IMG/VR virus record: IMGVR_UViG_3300011217_000001
Span: 96,001-160,000 of that record
Strand: one strand, 5' to 3'
Origin: a virus
Lineage: Duplodnaviria; Caudoviricetes
DNA: 64,000 nucleotides
The stretch's first letter is position 1, and each line of letters begins with the position of its first letter. Position numbers and translations under genes: made by a program. Below the pieces are notes generated by a model that was not told the DNA's origin, made no database searches, and was given only the letters and a program-made list of their open reading frames with translations. This document shows positions 27,566-37,051 of the stretch, piece by piece.

Positions 27566-27901
27566 CTAGCCGCGCAAACGCGGCGCGATAACCAAGGTGT
27601 AGTAGTTGGGGTAATACTCCGACTCCACCCGGCGACGAATGGTGGTCTTGGTAACCCCGTAGTCGTCCGCTGCTTCCTCGAAGGATTCATAGCGTTGACG
27701 ACCGATCACAACTTTGTAACGACCCGGTACATGTGTCATCTCAAACGTACGGGCTTCTTCATCATCCGCCCACTGATAGTCACTGTACAGTGGGTCTTTG
27801 GAGTTGACGCGACGGCGAGCTTCTGCAACCGGGATGCGGTGTTGATTTGCCAGGGTGAGGCAGTTCAGATACAGCTTACCGCGATAGGTGACTTGACGCA
27901 T
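27566..27901 (-). CDS. NUMOD1/IENR1-like DNA-binding protein, two repeats, no nuclease domain
   Basis: VTYRGKLY...RRRV and VVIGRQRYESFEEAADDYGVTKTTIRRRV. Confidence 0.6.
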   Translation of the reverse strand: MRQVTYRGKLYLNCLTLANQHRIPVAEARRRVNSKDPLYSDYQWADDEEARTFEMTHVPGRYKVVIGRQRYESFEEAADDYGVTKTTIRRRVESEYYPNYYTLVIAPRLRG

Positions 27902-27915
27902 TCTTACATCTCCGT

Positions 27916-28083
27916 TTAGAACGCCTTGGAAATCTCGTTGGCAAAAGACGCCTGGCTGTTGCTGTATTCCACAGCAGCACCAGAGGACTTGTTGGCCTGC
28001 ATTTCAGCGTAGGCCGAGAAACCGACAGCAGACAGCATAAGGACGGCCAGCGCAAAGCCAGCCAGTTTGGTAATGATTTTCAT
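27916..28083 (-). CDS. 55-aa signal-peptide/membrane peptide (not in ORF track)
   Basis: MKIITKLAGFALAVLMLSAVGFSAYA|EMQ..., directly after early promoter. Confidence 0.65.
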   Translation of the reverse strand: MKIITKLAGFALAVLMLSAVGFSAYAEMQANKSSGAAVEYSNSQASFANEISKAF

Positions 28084-28128
28084 GGGAGCTTCCCTGCTAG
28101 AGTGAGTTAGATGTACTACTTCATCTAG

Positions 28129-28146
28129 GTTATATAGAACTGAAAA
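28129..28146 (-). promoter_or_regulatory. Early-type phage promoter
   Basis: TTTTCA-GTTC-TATATAAC. Confidence 0.75.
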
Positions 28147-28188
28147 TCATTGGGATGAGGGGTTTTACCCCCTCTCCCATTATGTCGC

Positions 28189-29316
28189 TTAGCCGCGTTC
28201 GGCCACTTCAATACCGACGGCCTGCATCGAAAGAGCGACGTCTGCAGGGGTCATGTAGTGCAGGCCCTCCTGACGGATGCCGAGCAGTCGTTCGATCTGT
28301 TCGCGCAGGAACGGCGCCATGATCTTCTGGTCAATGCCCTCGGTGCCGTACTGCGGACAGTACTCGAAGATGCCCCACTTGTGGTCAGCGGTGATGAACA
28401 GGTCCACCGAGTTCAGGGGGATCTTCAGCTCCTGAAGTACGGTGCTGACTTCGTTGAAGACCGTGCTCAGTTCGTACTGACCGGCAGGCTTGGCCTCGTC
28501 CAGGAACCAGGTAACGCCGGTGGCCTGCTTGTGATCGAAGTTGTTGCTGTCCTGATGCAGCGGCAGGGTATCGCGCTTTCGCTTGAACGTCAGAGCGATC
28601 TTCGACTCATGGTCCAGGATCAGACGATACTCGGCTACGACATTGGACACCTGCTCCTGTACGAAGAAGCCCTGTTCGGCCAGAGCGACCAGACCTTCGT
28701 CAATGTCGCCGTGACCGATGTGATACTCCACATGCGGTTTGAGCGATTCCAGACTGGTCAGGAAATCTTCCTTCTTGGCCGCGCCCTTGATCAGGACCAT
28801 CAGCGCCGCCGGGGTGACCTTGTCCATGTCAGCCACGATCTGCCCGATACCGCGAGCACCATCGATCGGCTTGACTACCACGCGACCATGGATCTCACTA
28901 CCGAAAGTGGAGTTGCGCTTGTCAGCGAACTGGGTGCTATAGATGCGTGGGCTGATGAAGTCCTTCACTTCCGGCAGACCACGAACAACGGCAGCCATGC
29001 GCAGCGTCATGGCAACCTTGCTCTCGCGCTTCATGTAGTGCACACCATCGGCGTACTCTTCCAGGTGCGCATTGTTGCGGCGTGTATCCGAATCAGTACC
29101 GCCGCCGCTGATGAACGTTGCTCCATCGGTGAGGATGGTCAGGTCGGAGTTCTTCACGACCATGTTGTTTTCGTCGATCACGTAACGGAAGTCGTTCGTG
29201 GCGACAATGCGCGTCTTGCCATCGGCCGCAATCCACTGCGGCGGAAGATGCTGATACTGGGTCAGCAGATGCGAGACGGCCACCACAAGGGTGCGTTCGA
29301 TTTTGGGATTGGTCAT
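28189..29316 (-). CDS. ATP-grasp (RimK-like) ligase
   Basis: VVVKPIDGARGIG, FFVQEQV, EYRL, VDLF...IFEYC. Confidence 0.7.
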   Translation of the reverse strand: MTNPKIERTLVVAVSHLLTQYQHLPPQWIAADGKTRIVATNDFRYVIDENNMVVKNSDLTILTDGATFISGGGTDSDTRRNNAHLEEYADGVHYMKRESKVAMTLRMAAVVRGLPEVKDFISPRIYSTQFADKRNSTFGSEIHGRVVVKPIDGARGIGQIVADMDKVTPAALMVLIKGAAKKEDFLTSLESLKPHVEYHIGHGDIDEGLVALAEQGFFVQEQVSNVVAEYRLILDHESKIALTFKRKRDTLPLHQDSNNFDHKQATGVTWFLDEAKPAGQYELSTVFNEVSTVLQELKIPLNSVDLFITADHKWGIFEYCPQYGTEGIDQKIMAPFLREQIERLLGIRQEGLHYMTPADVALSMQAVGIEVAERG

Positions 29317-29343
29317 TATCGTGGCAAAGAAAAAGGTTGAGTG

Positions 29344-29757
29344 TTACTTGTCCGCCGGAACGACGGTGGTGATGAAGTGCTGTCCATTGGCGAAATGGAT
29401 CATCACGAACACACACGTGCGCTTGCGCTTACCGCGCTCGCGGATACCGTAGACGCCGGTGGGGGTGAAGATCTGTGCGCTCGGCAGCTTCTGGCGGGGC
29501 AGGGTGGAAACGATCGACTGGTCGAGGTCGACACCCTGGACGCGATGGCCGACGATCTCTTCGAGCTTGGTCAGGGTGTCCTTGTCGCTGAGATGCATCT
29601 TCAGCCACGGGCGCACTGCGGAGTAGGTCGTCTTGTTGGACGGAGCGCCACGCAGGATCAGCCGGTTGATCTGCTCCGCCTGATCGTGGGTGAGGAGGCT
29701 GGGCTCCTTGACGACAGGACGCGCAGGCAGGTGAGTTGCAACACGGGAAAGAGCCAT
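29344..29757 (-). CDS. Hypothetical protein
   Basis: 137 aa, SD AAGGAG. Confidence 0.65.
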   Translation of the reverse strand: MALSRVATHLPARPVVKEPSLLTHDQAEQINRLILRGAPSNKTTYSAVRPWLKMHLSDKDTLTKLEEIVGHRVQGVDLDQSIVSTLPRQKLPSAQIFTPTGVYGIRERGKRKRTCVFVMIHFANGQHFITTVVPADK

Positions 29758-29808
29758 GAATCTCCTTTCTAAGGTAGGGGAGGGGAGCCCGAAGGCTCCC
29801 CTCGTTTC

Positions 29809-31971
29809 TTACTTCTTCTTCGCAGCCTTCTTGGCTGCTACCGGCTTGCCCAACTTGGCCAGCTTGTTCGGCTTGGCTTCGGTCGTGGCAGTCTTCTCGT
29901 TGGTAGCACGCAGACGCACCCGGTAGGTCTTGCCACCTTCGGCCGCGACCAGGAACACGCGGGTCTTCGGCCATTCCGACGGTGCCGGAGTGATCAGCGA
30001 ACCCACGCCACGCGGGATGCGGCAGGACTTGCGCAGAGCAGCCGCCGTCAGCTTCTTGTCGCGCGGGTAGTTGTCGCCAACGTCCACGTCAACCTTGACG
30101 GTGCTGACGCTTTCCTTCGCTTTCGGCTTCTTCGGGTCATGGCGGAACAGGCCCATCTGCGGGTCGTACTTCTCCGGCAGGTGGAGGCGGCGGAAGCTGG
30201 CAACCACCGTTCCGTCCTTGGAGGTGTGGAAGGCCGCCATCATGTCTTCCTTGATGTAGACGGTAGCTTCTGCTGCGAGAGTACCTGCGGTGATCGAATC
30301 CCACATCTTGAAGGCATCGGACGGATTGCCAATATCGCCGGAGCCGATGTGGCTGTTGATGGTATCCATCGCCGACTTGACGTCGTTGTGGAAGTTCGCC
30401 ACGGCACGCTTGGCCGGACCAGCCGGGATCTGCTGGTAACTGGCCGACAGGACCGCCTGGGAAGCGCCGATGGTCACGCTGGCAGTCAGGATGCCTTCTT
30501 CAGCCTTCACCGACACAACCGGTTCAGGGATCTCGAAGGACAGCAGGCGCTGCTGCAGATCCGCCTGGCACGCCTCGATGATGCTTGCGAACGAGTCCGC
30601 ATCGAAGTTGGCCGAATCCTGACGGATGGCGGCCACGTAGCCGGCGATGTTGGTGGTCAGCTTGTTGATCAGGACGTGACTCGGGCCGCTGAGGAAATCG
30701 ACCTTCACCCCCTGACCCACGAGCACCACGCCATCGGGCTGCGGCATGTTCACTTCCTCGAAGAGGCCGCGGACATTGTCCAGCTGGTGGATGGTCGGAT
30801 CGAACGACAGGAGCACGCGTGCCGGAACATCGTTCTGATCACGTACCACAGCGCTGACACTGACAGCCAGGCCCTGTTCGGTGACCGTATAGATGTCGTT
30901 GTTGAACCACTGACCAGGGCGAGCGCCGTTGCCGACCTGCGCTTCCATCGCCACCTTCACCAGGTTGTGCCAGACCTGCTTGGTGAGCTTGGCCAGACGT
31001 ACCAGCGTGCTGTAAGGAGCGGCCGGCGGACGCTCGAAAGTGAGCACCTGACGCTCCTCGGCGAAGTAGACGTCCACCTGGATCTGCGTCGTACGGACGA
31101 CCACGTCGATCTTGATCAGACCTTCGCGACCGAAGCGGTTCTTGATCAGCTTGGCGAGCGTGTCGGAAATTGCGGCGCGGTCCAACGCCACTTCCACAGC
31201 AGTCTCCCTCGGGTCGATCGGATAGCTTTCCCGCAGGTCAGCCATGTACGCCTTGACGTCTTCCAGCACGCCTTCCCGGATATCTTCGCGCACCTTCGGC
31301 ACTTCGACCAGACCGACCTGATGACGAGCCATGTCGTTGGAGGCCGGCGTTTCCTGGTAGGCTTCCTGGTCACGCTCGTTGCGCATCATGCACACGATGT
31401 TTTCCGGACCGTACAGGATGTAGGTGCGCTCGAACGGCTCGGCGCTGAACAGGCCGAAGACGGTGATTTCGATCTTGGACACCCGGCCGCCCTTGCGCTC
31501 GATGTTCAGGCGCGGGTGCTTGTACTGGGTGAAGGTCGGGGTAACCAGCGAGGCCAGGTTGTTGTCAACCAGGTTTTCCAGTGCGTCGTCAGTGGAGGAC
31601 GTGGACAGCAGGCCGATGGCGCGGATCGAGGATTCGATCTTGCTCCAGAAGTCGCCACGGTCGCGGATGGGGTGATCGGAAGGCTCGCCGCTGATGACGG
31701 TGTCGCCGTCATGCTGCCAGTTCCAGTGACCTTCATCGAACAGCGGGCCATCGTAGAGCGAGTCGGTTACCACGACCGGCACGTTCTCCATGTTGGCCTG
31801 AGCCGTGGAGTAGTTGATCAGATCATCGCGGGAGGCCAGCATGACATCCATGCCGGAGCTCTGCAAGGCCGCTGCGATCAGGCGAGCCACGGAGGACTTG
31901 CCAGCGCCGGGTCGGCCAGTGATTTCCACGGTCAGAGGGTTCTTTTCGCGGGAGTACTTGATATTGGACAT
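29809..31971 (-). CDS. Multidomain protein: N-terminal P-loop mini-domain, repeated alpha/beta units, Lys-rich tail
   Basis: ITGRPGAGKS Walker A; AAKKAAKKK end. Confidence 0.7.
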   Translation of the reverse strand: MSNIKYSREKNPLTVEITGRPGAGKSSVARLIAAALQSSGMDVMLASRDDLINYSTAQANMENVPVVVTDSLYDGPLFDEGHWNWQHDGDTVISGEPSDHPIRDRGDFWSKIESSIRAIGLLSTSSTDDALENLVDNNLASLVTPTFTQYKHPRLNIERKGGRVSKIEITVFGLFSAEPFERTYILYGPENIVCMMRNERDQEAYQETPASNDMARHQVGLVEVPKVREDIREGVLEDVKAYMADLRESYPIDPRETAVEVALDRAAISDTLAKLIKNRFGREGLIKIDVVVRTTQIQVDVYFAEERQVLTFERPPAAPYSTLVRLAKLTKQVWHNLVKVAMEAQVGNGARPGQWFNNDIYTVTEQGLAVSVSAVVRDQNDVPARVLLSFDPTIHQLDNVRGLFEEVNMPQPDGVVLVGQGVKVDFLSGPSHVLINKLTTNIAGYVAAIRQDSANFDADSFASIIEACQADLQQRLLSFEIPEPVVSVKAEEGILTASVTIGASQAVLSASYQQIPAGPAKRAVANFHNDVKSAMDTINSHIGSGDIGNPSDAFKMWDSITAGTLAAEATVYIKEDMMAAFHTSKDGTVVASFRRLHLPEKYDPQMGLFRHDPKKPKAKESVSTVKVDVDVGDNYPRDKKLTAAALRKSCRIPRGVGSLITPAPSEWPKTRVFLVAAEGGKTYRVRLRATNEKTATTEAKPNKLAKLGKPVAAKKAAKKK

Positions 31972-32040
31972 TGCTTGCTCGTTTTCTCTTGTGTGCGATT
32001 GTGGTGGTAGCCTCCCGAAAGAGGCTACCGGTTCTACTGC

Positions 32041-32379
32041 TTAACGCTTGCTGCGGAAGACTGCAGTCAGCTTGACATCATCGGTGTCGTCGATGCGTTC
32101 AAGGGTAACCGAGTCAACACCACGGCGCTTGGTCGCCGAATGCTTGCTGCTTTCGAAGTAGCGAGCATGGGTGATTGCGCTATCGAAGATGGCATCACTG
32201 TAGTGGTCATCGTCGAAAGTGGCGAGCATGTTTTCGATGTGCGCTCTGCGGGTGGGTGGTTTCGGGTTGTCCGAACCCACCGAGCGGATACCGTTACACG
32301 CCCTGCTCAGTTCGCGCAGCCGCGGGATATCGATGGACGGGGTATCGTCGTCCTCGTCCTCTTCATCCACGACCCGCAT
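32041..32379 (-). CDS. Paralog-array protein
   Basis: RGVDSVTL...DVKLTAVF. Confidence 0.65.
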   Translation of the reverse strand: MRVVDEEDEDDDTPSIDIPRLRELSRACNGIRSVGSDNPKPPTRRAHIENMLATFDDDHYSDAIFDSAITHARYFESSKHSATKRRGVDSVTLERIDDTDDVKLTAVFRSKR

Positions 32380-32759
32380 CAGCTTTCGCCGAAGCCCGGC
32401 GTACCCGGCAGCTGCTCGATCTTGACCGGACCATATTCGGCGGTCACGCGGACGCGGTTGCCCGGCAGTTCTTCGATTTCGACCGAGTCCACTTCGCGGC
32501 GGATCTTGGGCTGCTTGGTCCAGTCGCGACCGTAGCCGCTGGCCGCCTGCTGGGCCGCGTTCAGGGTCTGGTGACGGATGTGCGAACCGACGTTCTCGGA
32601 CAGCAGGCCTTCGATACGGGCACGGCGCAGCTTGCCGTCTTCACGCTGACCTGCGGCGATGCGGTCGGCGTTGATATCGAAGCGCGCATTGGCAAGGGCG
32701 CGCTCTTCGATCGGCTCGTCCTGTTCGGTGACGTAAACCGGCTTCTTGGAATTGGACAC
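32379..32759 (-). CDS. Paralog-array protein
   Basis: REVDSVEI...RVRVTAEY. Confidence 0.65.
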   Translation of the reverse strand: MSNSKKPVYVTEQDEPIEERALANARFDINADRIAAGQREDGKLRRARIEGLLSENVGSHIRHQTLNAAQQAASGYGRDWTKQPKIRREVDSVEIEELPGNRVRVTAEYGPVKIEQLPGTPGFGES

Positions 32760-33067
32760 TACTTCTGCTCCAGATAAAGCGAAAGGGAATCGAGGACGAT
32801 GACAGAATGCTCACCTCCCTCGGGTTGATCCGGCAGAACCGGAACCTGGGGCGTCACGACCATGCGCGACTTGAGGCGTTCACAGAACTTTTCAACGATG
32901 GCCTTCTCTTCGTCCACGTTGATACCGAGGGACATAGCCACACGGCGCAGTTCTTCCACGTCGGTAGGCGGTGCAAAACGCGCACCGATCGGGTGACCAT
33001 AGATGAGTCCCTTGCCGATGTTGTCACACAGCTTGGGGCTTTTCACAGGTTGGAACGTGAGGGACAT
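32759..33067 (-). CDS. Hypothetical protein
   Basis: Start reassigned to MSLTFQ, immediately after upstream stop. Confidence 0.6.
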   Translation of the reverse strand: MSLTFQPVKSPKLCDNIGKGLIYGHPIGARFAPPTDVEELRRVAMSLGINVDEEKAIVEKFCERLKSRMVVTPQVPVLPDQPEGGEHSVIVLDSLSLYLEQK

Positions 33068-33068
33068 G

Positions 33069-33353
33069 TCAGTCCTTGCTCTTGGGTTTGAACGTGGCTC
33101 GCACCACGACCGTGTCGCTGAAGTTGCGCTGGATTTCGATCCGATCCAACCCACGGTAGTTATCTTCGCCGAAGGCAGCGTTGATGTGACCGTTGATGAT
33201 GTCCTGCGCGTAGCTCTGGTCCAGAGTGGTCCCAGCTGCGAGCATGTTCTCAAGGTTGGACTTGCGCAGGCCGGTGGAAAGACGCGTGGGGTTGGCGATA
33301 TCGCTCAGGTCGATGAGTTCGACCAAGTTGACGTCGTCGTTCGCCTCGTCCAT
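33069..33353 (-). CDS. Paralog-array protein
   Basis: RGLDRIEI...TVVVRATF. Confidence 0.65.
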   Translation of the reverse strand: MDEANDDVNLVELIDLSDIANPTRLSTGLRKSNLENMLAAGTTLDQSYAQDIINGHINAAFGEDNYRGLDRIEIQRNFSDTVVVRATFKPKSKD

Positions 33354-33673
33354 CAGCTGCGTTCCTTCGGTGCGAAGCGCGCGTGCAGATCGACGGTGTC
33401 GTCGCTGTTGTGGCGCAGCTCGATCGATTCCACGCCACGGTGGTCGTCGCGGCCGGTAGCCATGTCGACCGCGCAGGAGAGCATGTCTTCGCCACGATCG
33501 GCGGCCAGGCCGGTATCGGTGGCCAGCAGGTTGGAGATCTTGGCACTGCGATCGGTGATGCCCGGCAGCGGCTTGTCCAGCATCGGCAGGACACCGTCCA
33601 CGAACAAGTAGAGCTCCGACCCCTTTTCCAGGTTGGCGTCGGCGGCCTTGCGGGTACGTTCTTCTTTGGACAT
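33353..33673 (-). CDS. Paralog-array protein
   Basis: RGVESIEL...TVDLHARF. Confidence 0.65.
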   Translation of the reverse strand: MSKEERTRKAADANLEKGSELYLFVDGVLPMLDKPLPGITDRSAKISNLLATDTGLAADRGEDMLSCAVDMATGRDDHRGVESIELRHNSDDTVDLHARFAPKERS

Positions 33674-33688
33674 GATGCGTGTTACTCC

Positions 33689-34540
33689 TTAGTCGACAAG
33701 TTCAAGGATAAGACCGACCACTTCCAGCTTGCTGCGCTTGCCACGCAGAAGCGGGATGTTGGTGATGGCATAGTCGATCGTGTGGTGAGAGCAGTCGATG
33801 GACAGGGACAGATGCACTGCCACTTCCATCGGTTCTGCGAGGAGACCGAACGCTGAAAGCCCCGGTGGCGGTAGTGATGGCGAACGCGCGCCCGATGGCG
33901 AGAGGAACACAATGTCATCATCAAGCTGCTCATGACTACGGATGACCTTGCGGACCTGAGTCTCTGCCTCGATGCACATTGCTGGCGCTTTGAGGACGAT
34001 CGGACTATCGAGACGAACAGCAACCTCGCGGGACGACTCGATGATTTTCAACACCATGGCAGTGACAGCCATGGACTTACCGACTTGACAGTAGGCCTCG
34101 GTGGGAAACAAGAACGGCTGCGGACCCTGGGTCTTGCGTTCGGCATCCAGGAACATCAACCCCTTGTCCGGGATCTCGTAACTGGGCGGGTCCATGGTCC
34201 ACGTCGGGGCATCGCCAGTGCCGGCACGTACCAGGAAGCTGCGCTCACCAATTCCCTGTTGACCACGACCGACGAAGTGTTCGAGGAGATCTTCCTGCCC
34301 TTCATCAGACCGTGTCCAACTCGGACGCGAGTCCTGCCTGAGGTACACGCGGTTCTTGTCGAAGTTGTTGGAGAGGAAGGCGGCGATCAAGGACGCGAGA
34401 TCTTCCTTCATGCCACCGTGTCCACCTTCCACGGTGATGGTCATGAGGCTGTGAGCCTGCAGTTCCTCGACGGCCTTCACCAACGTCTGCGGAACGTGGA
34501 CCTTTGTCGGTTGTTCGGTGGATTCCGGAGTATCAGCCAT
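33689..34540 (-). CDS. Hypothetical protein with degenerate P-loop-like segments
   Basis: ITVEGGHGGMK and CQVGKS; start MADTPES. Confidence 0.6.
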   Translation of the reverse strand: MADTPESTEQPTKVHVPQTLVKAVEELQAHSLMTITVEGGHGGMKEDLASLIAAFLSNNFDKNRVYLRQDSRPSWTRSDEGQEDLLEHFVGRGQQGIGERSFLVRAGTGDAPTWTMDPPSYEIPDKGLMFLDAERKTQGPQPFLFPTEAYCQVGKSMAVTAMVLKIIESSREVAVRLDSPIVLKAPAMCIEAETQVRKVIRSHEQLDDDIVFLSPSGARSPSLPPPGLSAFGLLAEPMEVAVHLSLSIDCSHHTIDYAITNIPLLRGKRSKLEVVGLILELVD

Positions 34541-35315
34541 TGTTACCCCCGAAGTGACCGGACAGCTTCTTCTGCCAGTCCTGCAGTTCGGCACTGCTGG
34601 CAGACGGACCTTCCATCTTCTTCACCGCCGGCTTTTCATGGAACACCGGCTTGGGCGCATTGCGCTCGTGGAACTTCGGATCCGGTTCCTGCCCACGACG
34701 AGGCTTGCTCACCTCGATCGGACGACCAGACATGCTGGTGGCCAGTTCACGACCCGGGCCCGGCTTACGCTCGGTACGGGGACGATCGTTCGGACGGGAC
34801 TGACGCGGCTCACGGGAGCGGTCCTTCCGCAGCGCCTTGATCGACTTGCTGCGCACCTTGCCGTCCACTTCGTTCAGGGCGGTGACGGTGGCTGCGTTGA
34901 GGATGGTCTTGCTGCCCAGCAGCTGACCTTCCAGGGTCTGGATGCGGCGCTTGGTCACATCGTCCAGCGCCGAGAAGTAGATCACCCACTTCTCCATCAG
35001 TTCGGCCCAGTGGAAGTCGCCGATGCTGTGGTCCTGCACGATGGTGATGAAAGCGACCGGGTCACCGTTGCCATTGCGATCCAGTTCTTCCAGGAACTTG
35101 GTCGTCTCATCGCCACGATGGCGACCGAAGTTGGTATTGAAGATGCGCTCCAGGCCGACGGCTTCGTCGGCGGCAGCGTCATGATCGAGGAAGCTGGCAT
35201 CAACCGTATCCGATCGGTGACCGGAGGTCGTGAAGACCTGGTTGAAGTTGCGGCGCTGGGCTTCGGCCAGTGCGGCATCGCGGGAATTGGAAACGATCCA
35301 GTGGTACTGTGGCAT
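34533..35315 (-). CDS. Hypothetical protein with basic disordered C-terminus
   Basis: 260 aa, head of coupled operon. Confidence 0.65.
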   Translation of the reverse strand: MPQYHWIVSNSRDAALAEAQRRNFNQVFTTSGHRSDTVDASFLDHDAAADEAVGLERIFNTNFGRHRGDETTKFLEELDRNGNGDPVAFITIVQDHSIGDFHWAELMEKWVIYFSALDDVTKRRIQTLEGQLLGSKTILNAATVTALNEVDGKVRSKSIKALRKDRSREPRQSRPNDRPRTERKPGPGRELATSMSGRPIEVSKPRRGQEPDPKFHERNAPKPVFHEKPAVKKMEGPSASSAELQDWQKKLSGHFGGNNG

Positions 35316-35443
35316 TGTGTTCTCTCGTGTTCAGTTGGGTGCGCTGGTTCCAGCATCGGATGAAACAGGGCTAGCGGTTTTTACACCAGCGTCTTGTTAC
35401 GGCATAAAAGCCGAGGGGGAGTTACCCCCTCGGCAGACCAGGA

Positions 35444-35761
35444 TTAGAAGCCGTGACGCTTCAGCGCTTCGTCGATGTCCTTGCCCGAGTAGACCAAGTC
35501 GTGATTCTCCGAGTCTTCTTCGTTGATCTCGGTGAGGGTCAGTTCACTGGTCTCCAGCGCGAAGGTGCGCTGGCTCAGGTTGTCGGTGCCGATGGCGGCG
35601 CGGAAGTGCTGCAGGTCGGCCTTCATGGCCAGCCAGTCACCATCCTGCTCCTTCGTCAGCTCGTTGGCTTCGGACACGATGTTGACATCGTACTGACCCA
35701 GTTCGCGGATCAGGAAATCGTTGTCGTCAAGTGCGTAGTACGTGGGTTTGCCGTTGTTCAT
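35444..35761 (-). CDS. Hypothetical acidic protein
   Basis: Start MNNGKPT after hairpin. Confidence 0.65.
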   Translation of the reverse strand: MNNGKPTYYALDDNDFLIRELGQYDVNIVSEANELTKEQDGDWLAMKADLQHFRAAIGTDNLSQRTFALETSELTLTEINEEDSENHDLVYSGKDIDEALKRHGF

Positions 35762-35841
35762 GGTCTTGGTTTCGGTTGTCGCAGCAGAAGGGAATAGACC
35801 CCCCACTCCCTGCTGCAGGAGTGGAGGGTAGAAACTGGGGG

Positions 35842-36438
35842 CTATCGCCTGGCGTAGAAGCGATGATTGCCGATGGTCGCAACGTAGCGTTCATAGCGCA
35901 GTTGCCGGTGGGCTGCCTTGTTCCGGAAGAACAGGCTGTCGTCAATGGGGTTGGGGACAGATCGTGTCAGGACGTCGCGGCTCACTTTCATGGCCATTGC
36001 GTAGCGGTCCTGCTCGCGGATCTTCAGGTTCATCCCAACCCAGTTGTACTCGTATTTACCCTGGTATTTGGTGTGGATCACTCCACAGATGGATTTTGGA
36101 TAAGCTGGATGCGCTGCGCGGTTGAGGGTCAGATACCCTACGGCGCGCATTCCTACTTCACTTTCACCCTTGGCTTCGTGATAGATCGTCCGTGCCATGC
36201 ATTGGATCTCGGCATCGGTGAGCTTCACAGTGTAGCGTTCGTTAAGCGGTATGATTGGAACGGGGAGCTCCACAATCGGGAGCGGATCAACTTCAATGTT
36301 GACCGGAAGAATCACGGCCTCGACAGGCGCCATGACAACGTTGCTGGTGACAACTTGCTGCTTGGGCTGGAAGAGGGTACAGGCGCTCAGGCTCAGTACG
36401 ACCGACATTACCAGCAGGGACTTGATCAGGTTGAACAT
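35842..36438 (-). CDS. SleB/Hydrolase_2-family cell-wall hydrolase, predicted lipoprotein
   Basis: Lipobox LSLSAC; CMARTIYHEAKGE, NRA..YPKSICGVI, IGNHRFY. Confidence 0.85.
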   Translation of the reverse strand: MFNLIKSLLVMSVVLSLSACTLFQPKQQVVTSNVVMAPVEAVILPVNIEVDPLPIVELPVPIIPLNERYTVKLTDAEIQCMARTIYHEAKGESEVGMRAVGYLTLNRAAHPAYPKSICGVIHTKYQGKYEYNWVGMNLKIREQDRYAMAMKVSRDVLTRSVPNPIDDSLFFRNKAAHRQLRYERYVATIGNHRFYARR

Positions 36439-36629
36439 TGGAGCAAACTCTAGCAGGGATATTCCTGCCACAGATCTCTCCCTTTTCGCATGCAGGAGTT
36501 CACTGTGGAGGCGCTAAGTACATTGTTTCAGGGTCTCTATTTGGAAGTTTGGAGAAATTACGCTGGCCTACAAAAGATAGACCTCATGACCCTAGGGAGC
36601 TTCAGCTTTTGAAAGCATGACTCCCTTAG

Positions 36630-36646
36630 GTAATGTAGGTCTATTT
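36630..36646 (-). promoter_or_regulatory. Early-type phage promoter (variant)
   Basis: AAATA-GACC-TACATTAC. Confidence 0.55.
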
Positions 36647-36667
36647 CCTGTTTGTTTCTTCAAGCTG

Positions 36668-36946
36668 TCAGCCCGCGTTACGGGCTGATTCGAAGCTGTC
36701 CCAGTCACTATCGGTGGCAACGCGCTTCTCCAGATCGACACGATCGGGAAGCTGTCCACCGCGATGACGCCCATCGTCGCTCACCAGAGAACCGAGCAGA
36801 CCGCTGGAGTCTGTGTGGGTATAGCCGCAGATGCGGCACTTGTATTCCTTGCCGATGACTTTGGTCTTCGTACCGAAGTGACCAATGCCATCAGTTACTT
36901 CCAGATCTTCCCGACCATGTTGGCAGGAGGTGTTTCGAGTGTTCAT
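36668..36946 (-). CDS. Small zinc-ribbon-like protein
   Basis: CQH...YKCRICG. Confidence 0.55.
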   Translation of the reverse strand: MNTRNTSCQHGREDLEVTDGIGHFGTKTKVIGKEYKCRICGYTHTDSSGLLGSLVSDDGRHRGGQLPDRVDLEKRVATDSDWDSFESARNAG

Positions 36947-37051
36947 TTTGGTTGGCCGGTATGTCTCCAAATCATTCTGGTGAGGGGTCGTCTTTTACAA
37001 CCAAAAGAAAATGTCGAGCATAGAGGGAGGCCCCGAAGGGCCTCCCGTCTG

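Noticed and set aside
28092-36459. 12-bp match CTCTAGCAGGGA between the 28.1-kb leader and the SleB leader (opposite strands)
   Set aside because: Too short to distinguish from chance in 64 kb
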